Source: Geosiphon pyriformis uo1 | Lineage: Eukaryota; Fungi; Glomeromycota | DNA: 64,000 nucleotides | NCBI GenBank assembly: GCA_016748015.1 | Contig: JAAOMT010000289.1 | Location: forward strand, 259,639 to 323,638 | Direction of reading: 5' to 3' | Part shown: in pieces, positions 11,598-24,095 of the stretch | Position numbering within the stretch: the stretch's first letter is position 1 | How the letters are laid out: every line of letters begins with the position of its first letter | Position numbers and translations under genes: made by a program | The notes under the pieces: generated by a model | What the model saw: the letters and a program-made list of their open reading frames with translations, nothing else | The model's database searches: none | What the model was told of the DNA's origin: nothing

Positions 11598-12912
11598 ATG
11601 GATACTTTATTATTTTTTTGGTTTATAATTTTCTTATCCTTTTTAAATTTTATGCCCACGAACTCATTCAAAGTTAAAGATCCTTTCGGGTCCAATAACA
11701 CATTTGTACTTCCCGATGTTATCTTTCCATTAGGCAAAGAAGTCTCAGTGACAAAAGATTTTTTGGTTGAAGCAACAAGGTTTACTGCAAACCTTTTTTG
11801 TCCAGATGTTTCAGAAAGTACCATTTTTCTTACATCCGAAATATCTAGTAACTTTTTTTTATTTTTCATTTTTCTTTAAGAAATCATCATGATGCTCTAC
11901 AACTAAATTTTTTTTTTTGATTAAATCGAAAATTAGCTATGATCAAAAGTTTCACGAAATTTAAAAGTCCAAGGGATAAAAAGGAGTTTATTGATGTAAT
12001 ATTTGCAACATTCAAGACACCAGAATTGAGTTATGATGAACTTGATGGTATGGGGGAAAACCCAAAACTAGAGGTTCCTCCGGGTTTGGGATATGTCACG
12101 ATTATAAGAAAATTTCATATAAAGTATTGGAATATTGCAGCCAATCAGATCTTGAAAATTTTGGAAGAATATGTAGATAATAACAAAATGTACGACAAAT
12201 ATACTCTAATTCTTACTGGACATGGCGGGGGCGCAGGTAAGTAAAATATTCATATATATATATATTTTTTTTTGTTTGTTTGTTTTCTTTGTAATTGATA
12301 ATTTTTTTTCATTTAAATCTTTTTAGTTTTAGCTACTTTTGCAGCAATGATTTTCAACAATTTTTGGCCCGAGCGAGAGGTTATATTAATTACCTATGGA
12401 GCTCCGCGTATAGGAAATAAATATTTTGTAAAATATATTCAGGAAAGAATTTGGGTTGAACGAGTGACTGTTAACGACGATTATGCTCCTTTATTCTTTG
12501 GAAATAATAATTATTTTACTCATACATCAATGGAAACTTGGATTGTTCCAAATAAGAGTTGTGATTGCTGGTCAAGGAATGAAGATCAACAAATAGAAGT
12601 ATACAAAGGGAAAGATTCGTTTCACCGATGTACCAGTCCTATAGGAACGGAGAATAAGGTCTTGTAGAATTTATACTTTTTTTATTTTTATTTTTATTTA
12701 TTTTTATTTTTATTTATTTTTTATTTTAAACATGTGATAAATTTATTTCTCCTACCTGACCATATTTATTCATGTTTTTTTAGGATTGTAACTTACGATT
12801 CGAGAATTCTCGAGGTACTACTCAAATCCAACAGACAACTGCTCATTTAGGTCCATATTTTGGTTTTTTTATGTCTCCTGAAGGATGTCAGGGTTCTAGA
12901 CCTATAACATAG
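11598..12912 (+). CDS. Secreted lipase class 3-like protein (4 exons) with nucleophile Ser replaced by Gly
   Basis: Hydrophobic N-terminus; LILTGHGGGA elbow; TYGAPRIGNKYF, RVTVNDDYAP, FTHTSMETWI, AHLGPYFG. Introns at about 11819-11936, 12237-12326 and 12659-12783. Confidence 0.85.
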
Positions 12913-13468
12913 AGAAAATAATATATTTTTAAAGAACGAAATTTATTAGTTATAAAGTTTTTTAACTTGAACTCTTTCTTTTAAAGATTTTTCTGGTAAT
13001 AATTTTAAAATATTTCAGATTTTAAAATTTTGAGTTATTATTAATAAAATTAATTAATTAATTAATTAATAAATAAATAAATAAATAAAATTAGAATAAA
13101 TATTTATTTTAATGATTGTATTTAATTGATTTTAGTTTTTTAAATAATTAATTATATTTATTAAATATAATTAATTATTATGTAAACACAATTGATCTAT
13201 TAAAAATTATTTTTATTTTTTTTTTATGACAAAATTCTGATTAAAATTAATATATGATTATAATCTCAAAAAAATAAAATCATTGATTTGACTTAAAATG
13301 ACGAATGTGATGAATCTTGAAAGAAAAAAGATAATCATTATCATAAATAAAAGTATAATATTTCAATTTTAAATTTCCTCGATTTTTTATGAAAGATAAG
13401 AAGCCATTTTCAAAAAGGTGTTTTTTTAAACTAGTTTTTTTCATTTTGGCTACTGTTGCTGTTGTTGT

Positions 13469-13505
<37 letters not shown>

Positions 13506-14115
13506 ACTGCTTTCAAAAAACAATTGATAAATTTGAAAAAATATATTTATATGTATAAAAATATCTTTGTTGATATTTTTTATAATGACTTTGTGTTTCT
13601 AGGAAAGGAAATTTTTAAAATCGATTCCAAAATAATTTTTTTATTTTATTTTATTTAAAAAATGGAAATGGAAATGGAAATTGACTCAACACATATAAAA
13701 GCAAAATCATTTTTTATTTTGAAAGTAAAGTTTTCATTTTTTTATTTAATAAATAATAAATAATAATAATAATAATAATAATTATTATTATTATTATAAT
13801 AATTAAATTTCATAATTATTTTATTTTTAAATTTTTATTCGAAAATAATTTAAAAATTATGTTTGTTTTGATATATAACTAACAAAAAACAAATTGTAAA
13901 AATTAAATTTTTTTTAATTTTTTTTAAATAGCTCCAAAAGAAATTAATTTTATTATCCCAAATTTGGTGATCACCCAAAATTTCCCAAAATTTTAAAGAA
14001 TCGACTATTCACTCACTTATTATTATTATTATTATTATTATTATTCTTATTATTCTTATTCTTATTCTTATTATTCTCTTTTCATAATTACTGGCAAAAA
14101 GCTCAAAAACATAAT

Positions 14116-16211
14116 ATGACTATTGAAACCAAGAGTCTCAGGTCAAACCATGATTATATATTAGGAACTGCTTTCGCATTACGCCTTTTACTCTTTCAGT
14201 TTCCTGAAATTACAGACACGTTATCGAGTCGAGTCGAAATTGTTACTCCGGTGACCAGCTTTACACGACGTATGTGTGGGATACCCCCATTTTCTCACAA
14301 GGTGCTCGAACGACCTCAAACTTTATTCACTCCTGTGTCATGTTCATATATAGTTACCGAAGGTCTCTACTTATTTCAGAACAGTGTTCCTCCATATAAC
14401 GGGGGTGTCTTCCATCAGGTCTAGCTCGATAGCTCGTTGTAATATTCAACTTTTGAGCTCCAAAGACTTTCTCACAAAGCCAATTAACATAATCCTCCGG
14501 CCAAAAATTCGCTTCTTCATCACAAGGCTCCTTTATTTCTGGCTGTTTTCCAACCTTTAACTTATCTACCAGATTTTTTGATCTATTTGACATATATTGG
14601 GATTGATTTATTGATTGCCTATGTTTTAAGCGGCATTACTCGAATAAAACAAGATTTCTATAAAAATTTGCCCCGCCTTGATATTGAGTTGGTAGATGGA
14701 AATCGACCGAATGAAATTGATCCTTGGGTAGTTGCTGGCCTGTAAGTATTTTTTTTTATCTTTGATTTATTAATCTTGGTCATCTGAAATCTTTTGACTA
14801 ATCACAAAAAAATTCCAAAAGATATCTTTTTAATCCTTTCACAATAGCCACATGTTTATCCAGATCTACCATAGTTTTCACAAATTTAGCAATAGTTCTG
14901 GGAACCTATTATTCTCTCAGAGGTATCTCCTTAATCGTGCTTTGAAATTCTCTCTACAATTTGTTTCTAATCTGATAGATTCACGTTTAGGGAATAAAAG
15001 CTATGGCTGTTTTTGGATGGCAATGGCTGCTTACTTGAGCTTTTATCCTCTGATGTTAATAATACCAACAATACTGTTGCTAACCAATACCAATAGGGAA
15101 CATTCAAAAATAAAGGTATTAATGACTATAATTATTAATTTTTTTATGATTTGATTAATAACATTTCTTTCTTATTTTCAGAATGTGATCATACAATGTG
15201 TTTTATTATATATAGGATGGCTCGGAGGTTTATTGACTTTGTCATATCTTTTGGTTGGGTCCTGGAAATTTCTTGAGGTTACTTATGGTGTCATGTACGT
15301 TTATTCTGTCGAATGGTGGTTCTCAAAAGTTCATCTTGCCCAAAATTTGATCTCGAATGTTTGCTAACCAGAGTGTGGAATATTTAACCTTTTCCTGGGT
15401 AATATAAAACTGATCTTCAAGTTTAATTAAGTATTGCAAAGATGAGCTTTTGAGAAACGATCTATTACATTCATGGAGTCTCTAAAAAATTACAAATCGC
15501 TTATCCTTCAACTCTTCCTTCCTAATAACCAATCCCAGCCTTCTCTTAACAGATCTAACGCCAAATATTGGTCTATTTTGGTATTTCTTTATTGAAATGT
15601 TTGACCAATTTCGCTCATTCTTTTTGGTAGTGTTTCAATTGCATACGTTTATTTTCGCGGCTCCTGTGGCTTTAAAGTTTAGGTGTGTGGGGGCTTTACA
15701 TTGGGAAAGTTTTATATAATATACTTTCCATCCTTTTTGATTGCAAAATATAATTTTTTTTATATAGAGATCATCCTCTATTCGTGATCTTCCTATTGTG
15801 CGGTATTATGGCTATATTTAAATCATACCCGTCGATAGGCGACACATCATTGTATCTTGCATTCTTGCCTATCTATTCTGAAATCGTGAAATGTAAGTTC
15901 TGATGATATTTTCTTAAATTCGGTACCCAATAATTGAGTTTAATACAACTATTTTATTCACTCTATTTATAGATATGCGGTACAATTTCTTAACGACAAA
16001 CATATTCCTCTATTCTTCTATACTTGCTCCCATTTTCTACCACTTATGGATATATGCTGGTAGTGGAAATGCAAATTTCTTTTACGCAATTACCTTAGTT
16101 TATAGTATAGGGAATATAATATTGTTGGTCGATGCGACCTACGCTATGCTTCGTCGCGAATTTGATATCTGGAATCCACAATGGAAGGGATGTGAGGTTA
16201 CCCAAAAATAA
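14116..16211 (+). CDS. GAB1: GPI transamidase subunit PIG-U (multi-exon)
   Basis: RVEIVTPVTSF, PYNGGVFHQAPL, YLFNPFTIATC, DLTPNIGLFWYFFIEMFDQFR, FKSYPSIGD, HLWIYAGSGNANFFYAITL; GT-AG introns. Confidence 0.93.
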
Positions 16212-16335
16212 AGGTAATTTCTAGACAGGTTTTTATATATATTGAAATTTTAATCTGAAATTAGGGATACTCCATCTAATGGCTTTTTTAATTGCAAAAC
16301 AAGAAAAGGGTTTCCTACTTTCAAGTATGGTCAAT

Positions 16336-17560
16336 CTACAGAACCTTACTCAATATCTCATAGTCAAAATTTGCACCCTCCTTGGGTCCTAAATAAGCGC
16401 TCGGTGAAATTCCATCAATTCTGTACCTTGAAAAGGGATTAAGATGAGAATCATAATATTAAAATATTGTCCCCGACCCAATACAGAAAGTCCGAGTAAA
16501 CTGACCCGAGATGTTGATAAAAATCAAAAGCTCTTTTGTTTACTGCAACAAAGAAATTAATTCAAATGAGTTCAAATTTTGAAAAAATCAAGAAATTCAA
16601 AAGATCAAGATTTGAAATAATTAAACCTTTGAATATCGTGAGCATACTCTTCTTCACTCCCCATCGCCGACCAATATCTTCCATCAATGTGACAAGAAAG
16701 GTACCGAGACCTTTACCACGTGCTGACTTCACTAATTGAACCTCGTAGCTGGTTTGAGGAAATAGTTAATTAACAAAAAATAAAATGGAAGACTATTTCA
16801 CTATTAGATTCGAAATAAAACCGGAATACCAATAAATAACTTCAATCTCCTTGGTTTCCTCATCATCTTGATTATTCTGATTTTTGTCAGTCTCTTCCTC
16901 ATTTGCCAACTCCTCCCAAACAAACTGAAATGACAGGAATCCAACACACTCTTCAGCCGAATATTTATCACTTTTATTGGATGAAAAAGGGGAAAACGCA
17001 GGAGTTCTTGACATTCGAGCAATCAAATACCGAGTGTTCGGTTCCCGCATCTCTTTGCGTTTTTCATGCGAATCCCATCCAATTTCGGAGGTTTCATAGC
17101 TTTTAATGAAATATCACAAGAAAAATGATATTCTTATTGATAATATTATAGAGAGCGTAGCGTGTTACGTACAAATGTCCGACATTCTGTTTTACGAGAT
17201 TAAATGCCCATTCGAATAAATCCTCAGGAAGGTACTTGATCGGGTAAGAGGTCACTTTGAATGTAAATCTAATACAAATCAGCAGCATATTTAACAAACT
17301 TTAATTAATCAAACGGATGCGCTTTTTTTAGAATATCATTTTTTTTATTTATTTATTTATTTTTCACGTTACTCATCACATTTATATTCCAACGGGGTGG
17401 TCGTTGATTCAATAAACTCTGACACGTTTGTCGACTATGTTAATAGGAAAGAACTTAATAAGGGACTGTGTCTGATGTAAAAAAAACAACCACAAACCTG
17501 GTTGGCAAGGTCTACAATGTTACGCGTTTCACGCGTCACTTTTTCTATTTTACCCTCCAT
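16336..17560 (-). CDS. NAA40: N-alpha-acetyltransferase 40 (NatD/Nat4, histone H4/H2A N-terminal acetyltransferase), 7 exons
   Basis: Spliced product includes WAFNLVKQN..YETSEIGWDSHEKRKEM..RYLI, VIYCYEVQL..ARGKGLG.FL, SMLTIFK.N.RA..FY..LGY.ID.ISPS, YEILSK. Confidence 0.88.
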
Positions 17561-17699
17561 GAGAGATATAAAAACCCTGAGAAACCTGCTTAAATGATGT
17601 AAGTGGGTCAAAAAATAAAGTATTGATTTTCCACCACGTGGTCCAGGTCGTTATATTTCCCATTCGGCATTGGACAATGGCAAACAATTCGTACCACAC

Positions 17700-17945
17700 A
17701 GTTCAAATCGCGTTTTAACGCGTAGAAAATGAATATTTGATACGTTGCTTTTTTGCAAAAAAAAAAAATGGAACAACGCGTCGATTTGGGGTGAGAAGCA
17801 AGGTGGACCCTTTTCTTTGGGATTGAATATAAAATAAAGACTTTCCTCAAGTTCGCGCTTCATTACGTGAAAACCTAATTTTCTAGCTTATCCAACCAAA
17901 ACCACACGAATACTACGCAGATTTTTCGAAAAAACGCGAATAAAT
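17700..17945. promoter_or_regulatory. Divergent promoter region (NAA40 / zinc-finger gene) with ACGCG-type boxes
   Basis: ACGCGT at 17718 and 17776, ACGCGAA at 17934, TCGCGT near 17708, all in a ~510-bp intergenic gap. Confidence 0.4.
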
Positions 17946-18069
17946 TTAACTTTGTCTTTTAGACCAACTTCTATAAGAGAAAGAGAATTGACTCCTAGTT
18001 ATATCAATCTCTACGATAAAGAAAAAGACGTTCAAATAACTCGTACTCGTCGATTTTTTTGGTCAAAAG

Positions 18070-19026
18070 ATGTGTGATCAGACCCTTCAACAAATTACCT
18101 GGCGCTTCAACTATGTTCTTCCTCCGGGACTTGACCTCTTTTCTTTGCCGACACTTGGTAATCCTGAGGAAAGCCCAGCCCAACCACAAACAGCGCTTCC
18201 AAACAATTCTCAATATCATCCACAGTTACTCCTACCATCCAATAGCCCTGCGCAAATACCCTCATCCCCGCCCGTCACTTTGTCCCCACGCCTAAATCGC
18301 CGTCATTTCAAGAATAAGCCACGTGTTCAATCTGCTTCCTACACGTCGAAAGACGGCAAAGACAATTCCAATACAGGTGTGCATCTTTGTATCCATTGTG
18401 AGCATACTTACAAAGGTAAAAATGCTCGAACTATACTTCGCCGCCATCTAAAAGAAAAACATGGTGCTGAATTGCCACGAGGCACTCGTTGGGACAATGA
18501 TCCCAGTCGTCCAAAAACGGACCAAGAACGACGCCAGCGTATGTTGGATTCAAAGAAAAGGTAAAAACGCTAAATTTTTCTGTTTTATTTTGAAACTTTA
18601 ATAAGAAGAAATTGATTTCTTTAACTAAATAGGTGGGCTCAAAAGGAGCGCGCCAAGAGGAGTGCACAAAAGAAAGCCGTCCAGCGACCCGATCATGTTC
18701 TTTTGCCGTCAGCTGCAATACCCCCTTTTATTCGGGTGGATACGAACACTGATCAAAATTTCTCACCTAATACTCTCGGAGCCGCTCAAACTTTGGTGGC
18801 GATTTTCAATTCAAATGAATGTGCCTCTCCATCTCCCTCTCCCTCTCCCTCTTTCCTTAATTGCCATCCCGTTCGTACACCACCCTATCTACCAATTCAC
18901 TTCCCGATTAACACCATTAAGGTTGATCTTACAATCCCACCAACACCAACTCACATTCCTTCCAACTTTCGAAATCATTTCCAACCTTCGTCTCCTCGAC
19001 TTTATTCATTAGGTATTGGAAGATAG
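18070..19026 (+). CDS. Single C2H2 zinc-finger protein with basic region, probable transcription factor (2 exons)
   Basis: CIHC..TYKGKNARTILRRHLKEKH; intron at about 18561-18632 joins SKKR to WAQKERAKR; Pro/Ser-rich flanks. Confidence 0.8.
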
Positions 19027-19342
19027 ACATATTTAAATTTTCTTCCGGAACCTACTTAACTTCTGGACTTTTCTGTTATTTTCTAATTCTAGATTTTAGT
19101 TTACATATCTGCCGCATTTTACAATGACTAATTAGATCTCATTTTATATTGATTAAAAAACAAAGCTCAAATGATTTAGTATTTAAGGATAACACTAATG
19201 CTTTTTATTAAAACGTGAAAATTAAATAAGTACAGCTGAGCAACTGTGCACGTCTAATAAATTCGGAATTATAATCAAACTACTTGCTGACTGTCCTGAA
19301 CATGAAGACCAAAAAAACCAAACCGCGATAAAAATTGTGCCT

Positions 19343-20595
19343 TTACATTTGTACCACCACAGCCGCATCCCCATCAGCATTCAAATTATTAATGCTACCC
19401 GCCGCGTCTAGCTCTTCAGCTCGACGTTCTAATCGTAAAGTTCGGGCAGCAACACGCTTCTCTTGTTCAGGATTATGTGTAACCCATATACATGCATATT
19501 CTCGAAGCGTCTCTTCAACTAAAAGACAGGTTTGAGGATCCAATGCCGACGTTGGCTCTATTTTTAAAGAAGTTCAAGATAAACTGTAAACTTGTGTTTG
19601 GGAAAGAAGTTAACTAGTGAAAATTCAGAAAAGCTTACCATCCAGTAAAAGCACATCAGGTTTACAAGATAAAGCGATAGCCAAAGCGATCCGTTGCATC
19701 TCACCACCGGAAAGTTGATTAAAATCTTGGTGCCATAGATCTTCGGAAATGTTCCATCTATTGTTTTTTTTGAATTTAGGAATTGAATGTATAGTCTATT
19801 GTATTTTAATACAAGATTGCAGAAAAAGTTGGAAACTCACCGTGAAGATATCTCAACCTAATGAAGGTTTCCATTTGATTGATTTGTTAAATAAATTGCT
19901 TTTCACAAAATATGAAAAAAGATGCAAAAATGAGAATCACATTTACCGGGTCACCATGATTATTCTTATTTTTCTGTTGGGTAGCATAAGCCCGAATCCG
20001 TTCTACAAATTCAAGCGGCGTCCCAGGCATTATAGCTTTCAAGATTTATTTCAAAGTGATCCGGAGATTTTATTATTAGCTTTCAGGTAAGTAATGCAGA
20101 AAACTAATTTAAGGAAATAATCATAAAAAAAATACCAGATCGTTGAGGGACGTACATAACACGCGTACGCCACATTGGAATGGTGTAGTGTTCTGGTATT
20201 CTATTTGAGCAATGATCAAGTGAAGAGGCATATTTAATCTTAAAAAATTAAATTTTGTGAAGGTAAAGTGCCTTGAACCTACTTATTGTTTAGATATAAT
20301 GCTCCTTCCTCGAAACTGGTTAACTCGGCAATACATTTCAACAGGGTAGTTTTACTATTCAAATAAAAAAATTGATTATTTGATTATTGTTATTTTTCAA
20401 ATATTCCTGGCTTCCAATCTCTTCAACAGTGTGGGTTTTTGGATACCACATTCTTAAAGCTCGTTACACTTACCCAACACCACTGGGGCCAGTAACCGCC
20501 AAGATTTCCCCGTCGTTCAAAAAAATATCGACATTACGAAATAAAAATGATCCATCGGGTTTCTTCTTGCCTAGGTTATTTACTTCGAACCGCAT
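19343..20595 (-). CDS. Stand-alone ABC ATPase (NBD only), resembling STAR1/FetA(YbbL) type; 6 exons
   Basis: Walker A GPSGVGKT, WRTRVMYVPQ, signature LSGGEMQR, Walker B VLLLDEPTSALD, H-loop WVTH; no transmembrane segment. Confidence 0.88.
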
Positions 20596-21439
20596 TTGAG
20601 TAGATAAAAAAGAGGGAAAATAATTGATAAAAAGACAAGAATCTCGGAATTGACAAATGGTATTGATCAAGATTATGAATTTATGATATTTAGTTAATTC
20701 GGGCGGGAAACATGTGGTAGATGTTATTATTGGCTTTTACGTCAATTATCAAATGTTTTGAAAGTGGTGTAATATTTGAACGCCATTTAAAATGGTTAGA
20801 AAACAATAGTTACCTCATTAATTGGCAGTCATCCTAAATAGATTCCAGAATTATCAGGATTTTAAAAGTAACAATCATATTAATAAACACAAAAGATTCC
20901 AAGAAAATTTGGAAGTGCGCACACAAAAAAACCTTTAAGTGAAGAGAATGGATGCACGAAAGATTGTTGGCACTGAGATAAACGAATCATCGAGGAGAAA
21001 GAAAATTTTCAAGTTTACATATTATGATAATTGGAGGACGAGTAATCAATTTATTATACACATCCTTATAATAAATTATCATTTTTAAATGACATTTAAA
21101 AATTTCTTTTATTAAAATCTACTGTTATTATATTAGTTTTATTAATCATATTTAGTATGTTTAATAATTTCTTTACCTTTTTTAGTTAAGTTCAAAATTA
21201 AATAATGTAATGTTTATAATTTAACATTCGCTTATTTCTTTTGTGTCATCTTTTTAAATTTCGTTTAAATTAAACCAATGGTTTTATATATTTATTTATT
21301 ACGATTATAAAATGATGTGAATCATTTATCAAATTTTATTATTTTATTTAAATTTAAATATAAAAATAAGTTAAAAATCTTTTGAATTTATTTATTAAAG
21401 TGCAGTCCTGTTATTAATGTTTTTTGAATTTATTATTTG

Positions 21440-21441
<2 letters not shown>

Positions 21442-21515
<74 letters not shown>
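21442..21515. repeat. (TTA)n microsatellite
   Basis: Seen directly. Confidence 0.95.
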
Positions 21516-21517
<2 letters not shown>

Positions 21518-21742
21518 AAAATGATCTAAAAAATACAAATTTAAATTTATTTAATTGTATAATATTTTTTTTATTAAACTATCGATATATTGTTTTTAGT
21601 CAAAAAAATTGGTTTATAATATAAATTTTAAATTTTATTTTAGGTTATATTTATAAATAATATAATATTAAACCATTATTTGCTTAAATTAGATTTTACT
21701 GTTTTTTAATTTTTTTTAATATTTATTAAAAATATTAATTAA

Positions 21743-21779
<37 letters not shown>

Positions 21780-22139
21780 TTATTTTTTATAATAATATTT
21801 AATTTGTAGTTTTTAAAATTTTTGTATTAAATAAAATTATTATTATTATTTATTAAAAAATAAATTTTTTAAAACATCATAATTTAAGTAAAATATTTAA
21901 ATAATAAATTTATTTTTTATTAATAAAACCAACAGTTTTAACATAAAAAACTAATTAATAAGAACTTTAAATATAATTAAAAACTTAAAAAAATCCAAAA
22001 CACAATTTTGTAATCAAAAACTAAATGTTTTAAACTTAAATATTTATAATATTATTAATACTTAAAAGTATTTTATTAAATATTATTTTTATACAAAACT
22101 TTTAATCTAATTATAAACAATAATTTATTTATTTATTAA

Positions 22140-22800
22140 AGCTGGTTTTGATTAATATATAATTAAATTAGTTAATATATTAACTTTTAATTGATTTTTA
22201 CTGCTTTTAAAAACAAAACAAATTATGTCTTTATATGTATTTTAATTAATTAATTTATTAATTTATTTAATTTTAAAAATTAAATTAATAAGACAAATAT
22301 TAAAATACTTTGTTTTTTTATTTTCTTAAAATATTATTGGTTTTAATAGTATTTAAAAACAATTACATATTATTAAAGATTTTTAAAGTAAGTAATTTTT
22401 ACTTTAATACTTAATAAATTGTAAAATTAATTAGCTTATATTAAAACTGTTTTTTAATTTTATATATTTTTATTGATTTAAAATTAATTAATAAAAAAAT
22501 ATTAGACTTTTTTGTATTTATATTAAACTTGCTATTATTATTTTTAAGATTGCAAAGTTTTTGTAATATATAAATTTAGTATTATTTCTGTTATTATTGT
22601 TTTTTATACTGTTTTTTAAAAGTACTTTAACTATTTTTAATAAAGTTTTTAAATTAAAATTTGTTGATTAATAATAAAATATTATTGCATATTTTAAGTT
22701 TTATATAATTTTTAATATTGTTTTGGTTTATTGGTTGATTTTTATAAAAAAATAATATTTAAATTATTTTTACTTAAAAAATATAATTGTTAAATAGATA
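22140..22800 (+). mobile_element. Very decayed internal fragment of the ORF1-only element
   Basis: Colinear with 31600-31809 plus 32731-33150, e.g. AATTAGCTTATATTAAAACTGTTTTT and TTTAAGATTGCAAAGTTTTTG. Confidence 0.6.
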
Positions 22801-24095
22801 AGCAGTTTGGTTTTAAATAATAAATTTTGTTTTATAAATTTAATATAGTTAACTTAAATAACTGATTATATGTAAAAAACACATAAATTATACTTTTTTA
22901 AAATTATTTTTTGCAGTATTATAATAAATAATAGTTAAATTACACTTATTAAAATTAAAAAAAATATATGTTTTTAAATTATTTAAATTATTTAAATTAT
23001 TTAAAATTGATATATTTGTTTTTTGTTTAAATTATAATTTAGTTTGCTTTATAATATTTAATAAAAACTTTGAATTTTAATTAAATACTATAAAATTTTT
23101 ATTTATTTAAAAAAATTTATAATAAAACTTATCAAATATTTAATAATACAAATTTTATTATTATTAGAAAAAAGTTTAAAAAACAAATTTAAATAATTTT
23201 GTTTTTTTAATATTTTTATTAATTAGATAATAATAATTTTAAATATAAATAGTAAAAAAATATTTATAAATATAAATATAATTAATAAATAATTAAATAA
23301 TTAAATATATTAAATTTTAATGGATTTTTTTTAATAATAAAACATAAATAGTTTAATTTTAAACATATAAAATTATTTAAAAACATTATTAAATTAATTA
23401 ATTTAAATAATTATATTAAAAAAATTATTAATTTTATTAATTATAAAAAAAAAATTTTCATAATTTAACATATTTATTCTATTTAAATAGATTTTTTAAT
23501 AACAAACTTTGTAAAAATAAAAGATCAAAAAATTTAAGATTAAAAAAAGTTTATTTAAAAGTTATTTTAATAAAATTATATATTATTTATTATTTTATAA
23601 TATAAAAATTTTTGTTTAAACACAGTTAAAAAGTAAAATAACAATAATAATTAATTTTATTAATATTAAAACTATTTTTAAAAAATTGTTTTTATAAGTT
23701 TAAATATTTATATATTTAAAATAAATACTAAAAAACTTGGTTTTAAATTTAATTATAATAAAAATTAATTTTATAAATTATTATTTAATCAAAATTATGA
23801 ACATGTTAAACAAATATAAAATTAATATAAATAATAATAATATTTAGTTTTTTGATTATAATTTAAACTTATTAAATGTTTTAAATAAATTAAAATATAT
23901 TAAATTTGTTAAAATTTTAACAAAAAATTAAAATAATTTTTTTAATATAATATATATATATTTTTTATTATTATGTATTTAACGAGTGAAGCCCAATCAC
24001 TATCTAGTATATAGAGCCAAACTAAAAGGCTCAAACTAAACATAACTCACGTACTTCCTATATGTGGCTAGCCATTCAGGCCAGACAAAACAATA

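Noticed and set aside
14922-14989. Possible U12-type introns (GTATCT in PIG-U; GTATTCC in NAA40 at about 16829)
   Set aside because: Donors deviate from RTATCCTT and there is no convincing, correctly spaced TCCTTAAC branch site.
21424-21624. Poly-Leu/Ile/Tyr ORFs (also 4604, 11351, 13280, 48783, 49387)
   Set aside because: Translations of simple-sequence repeats.
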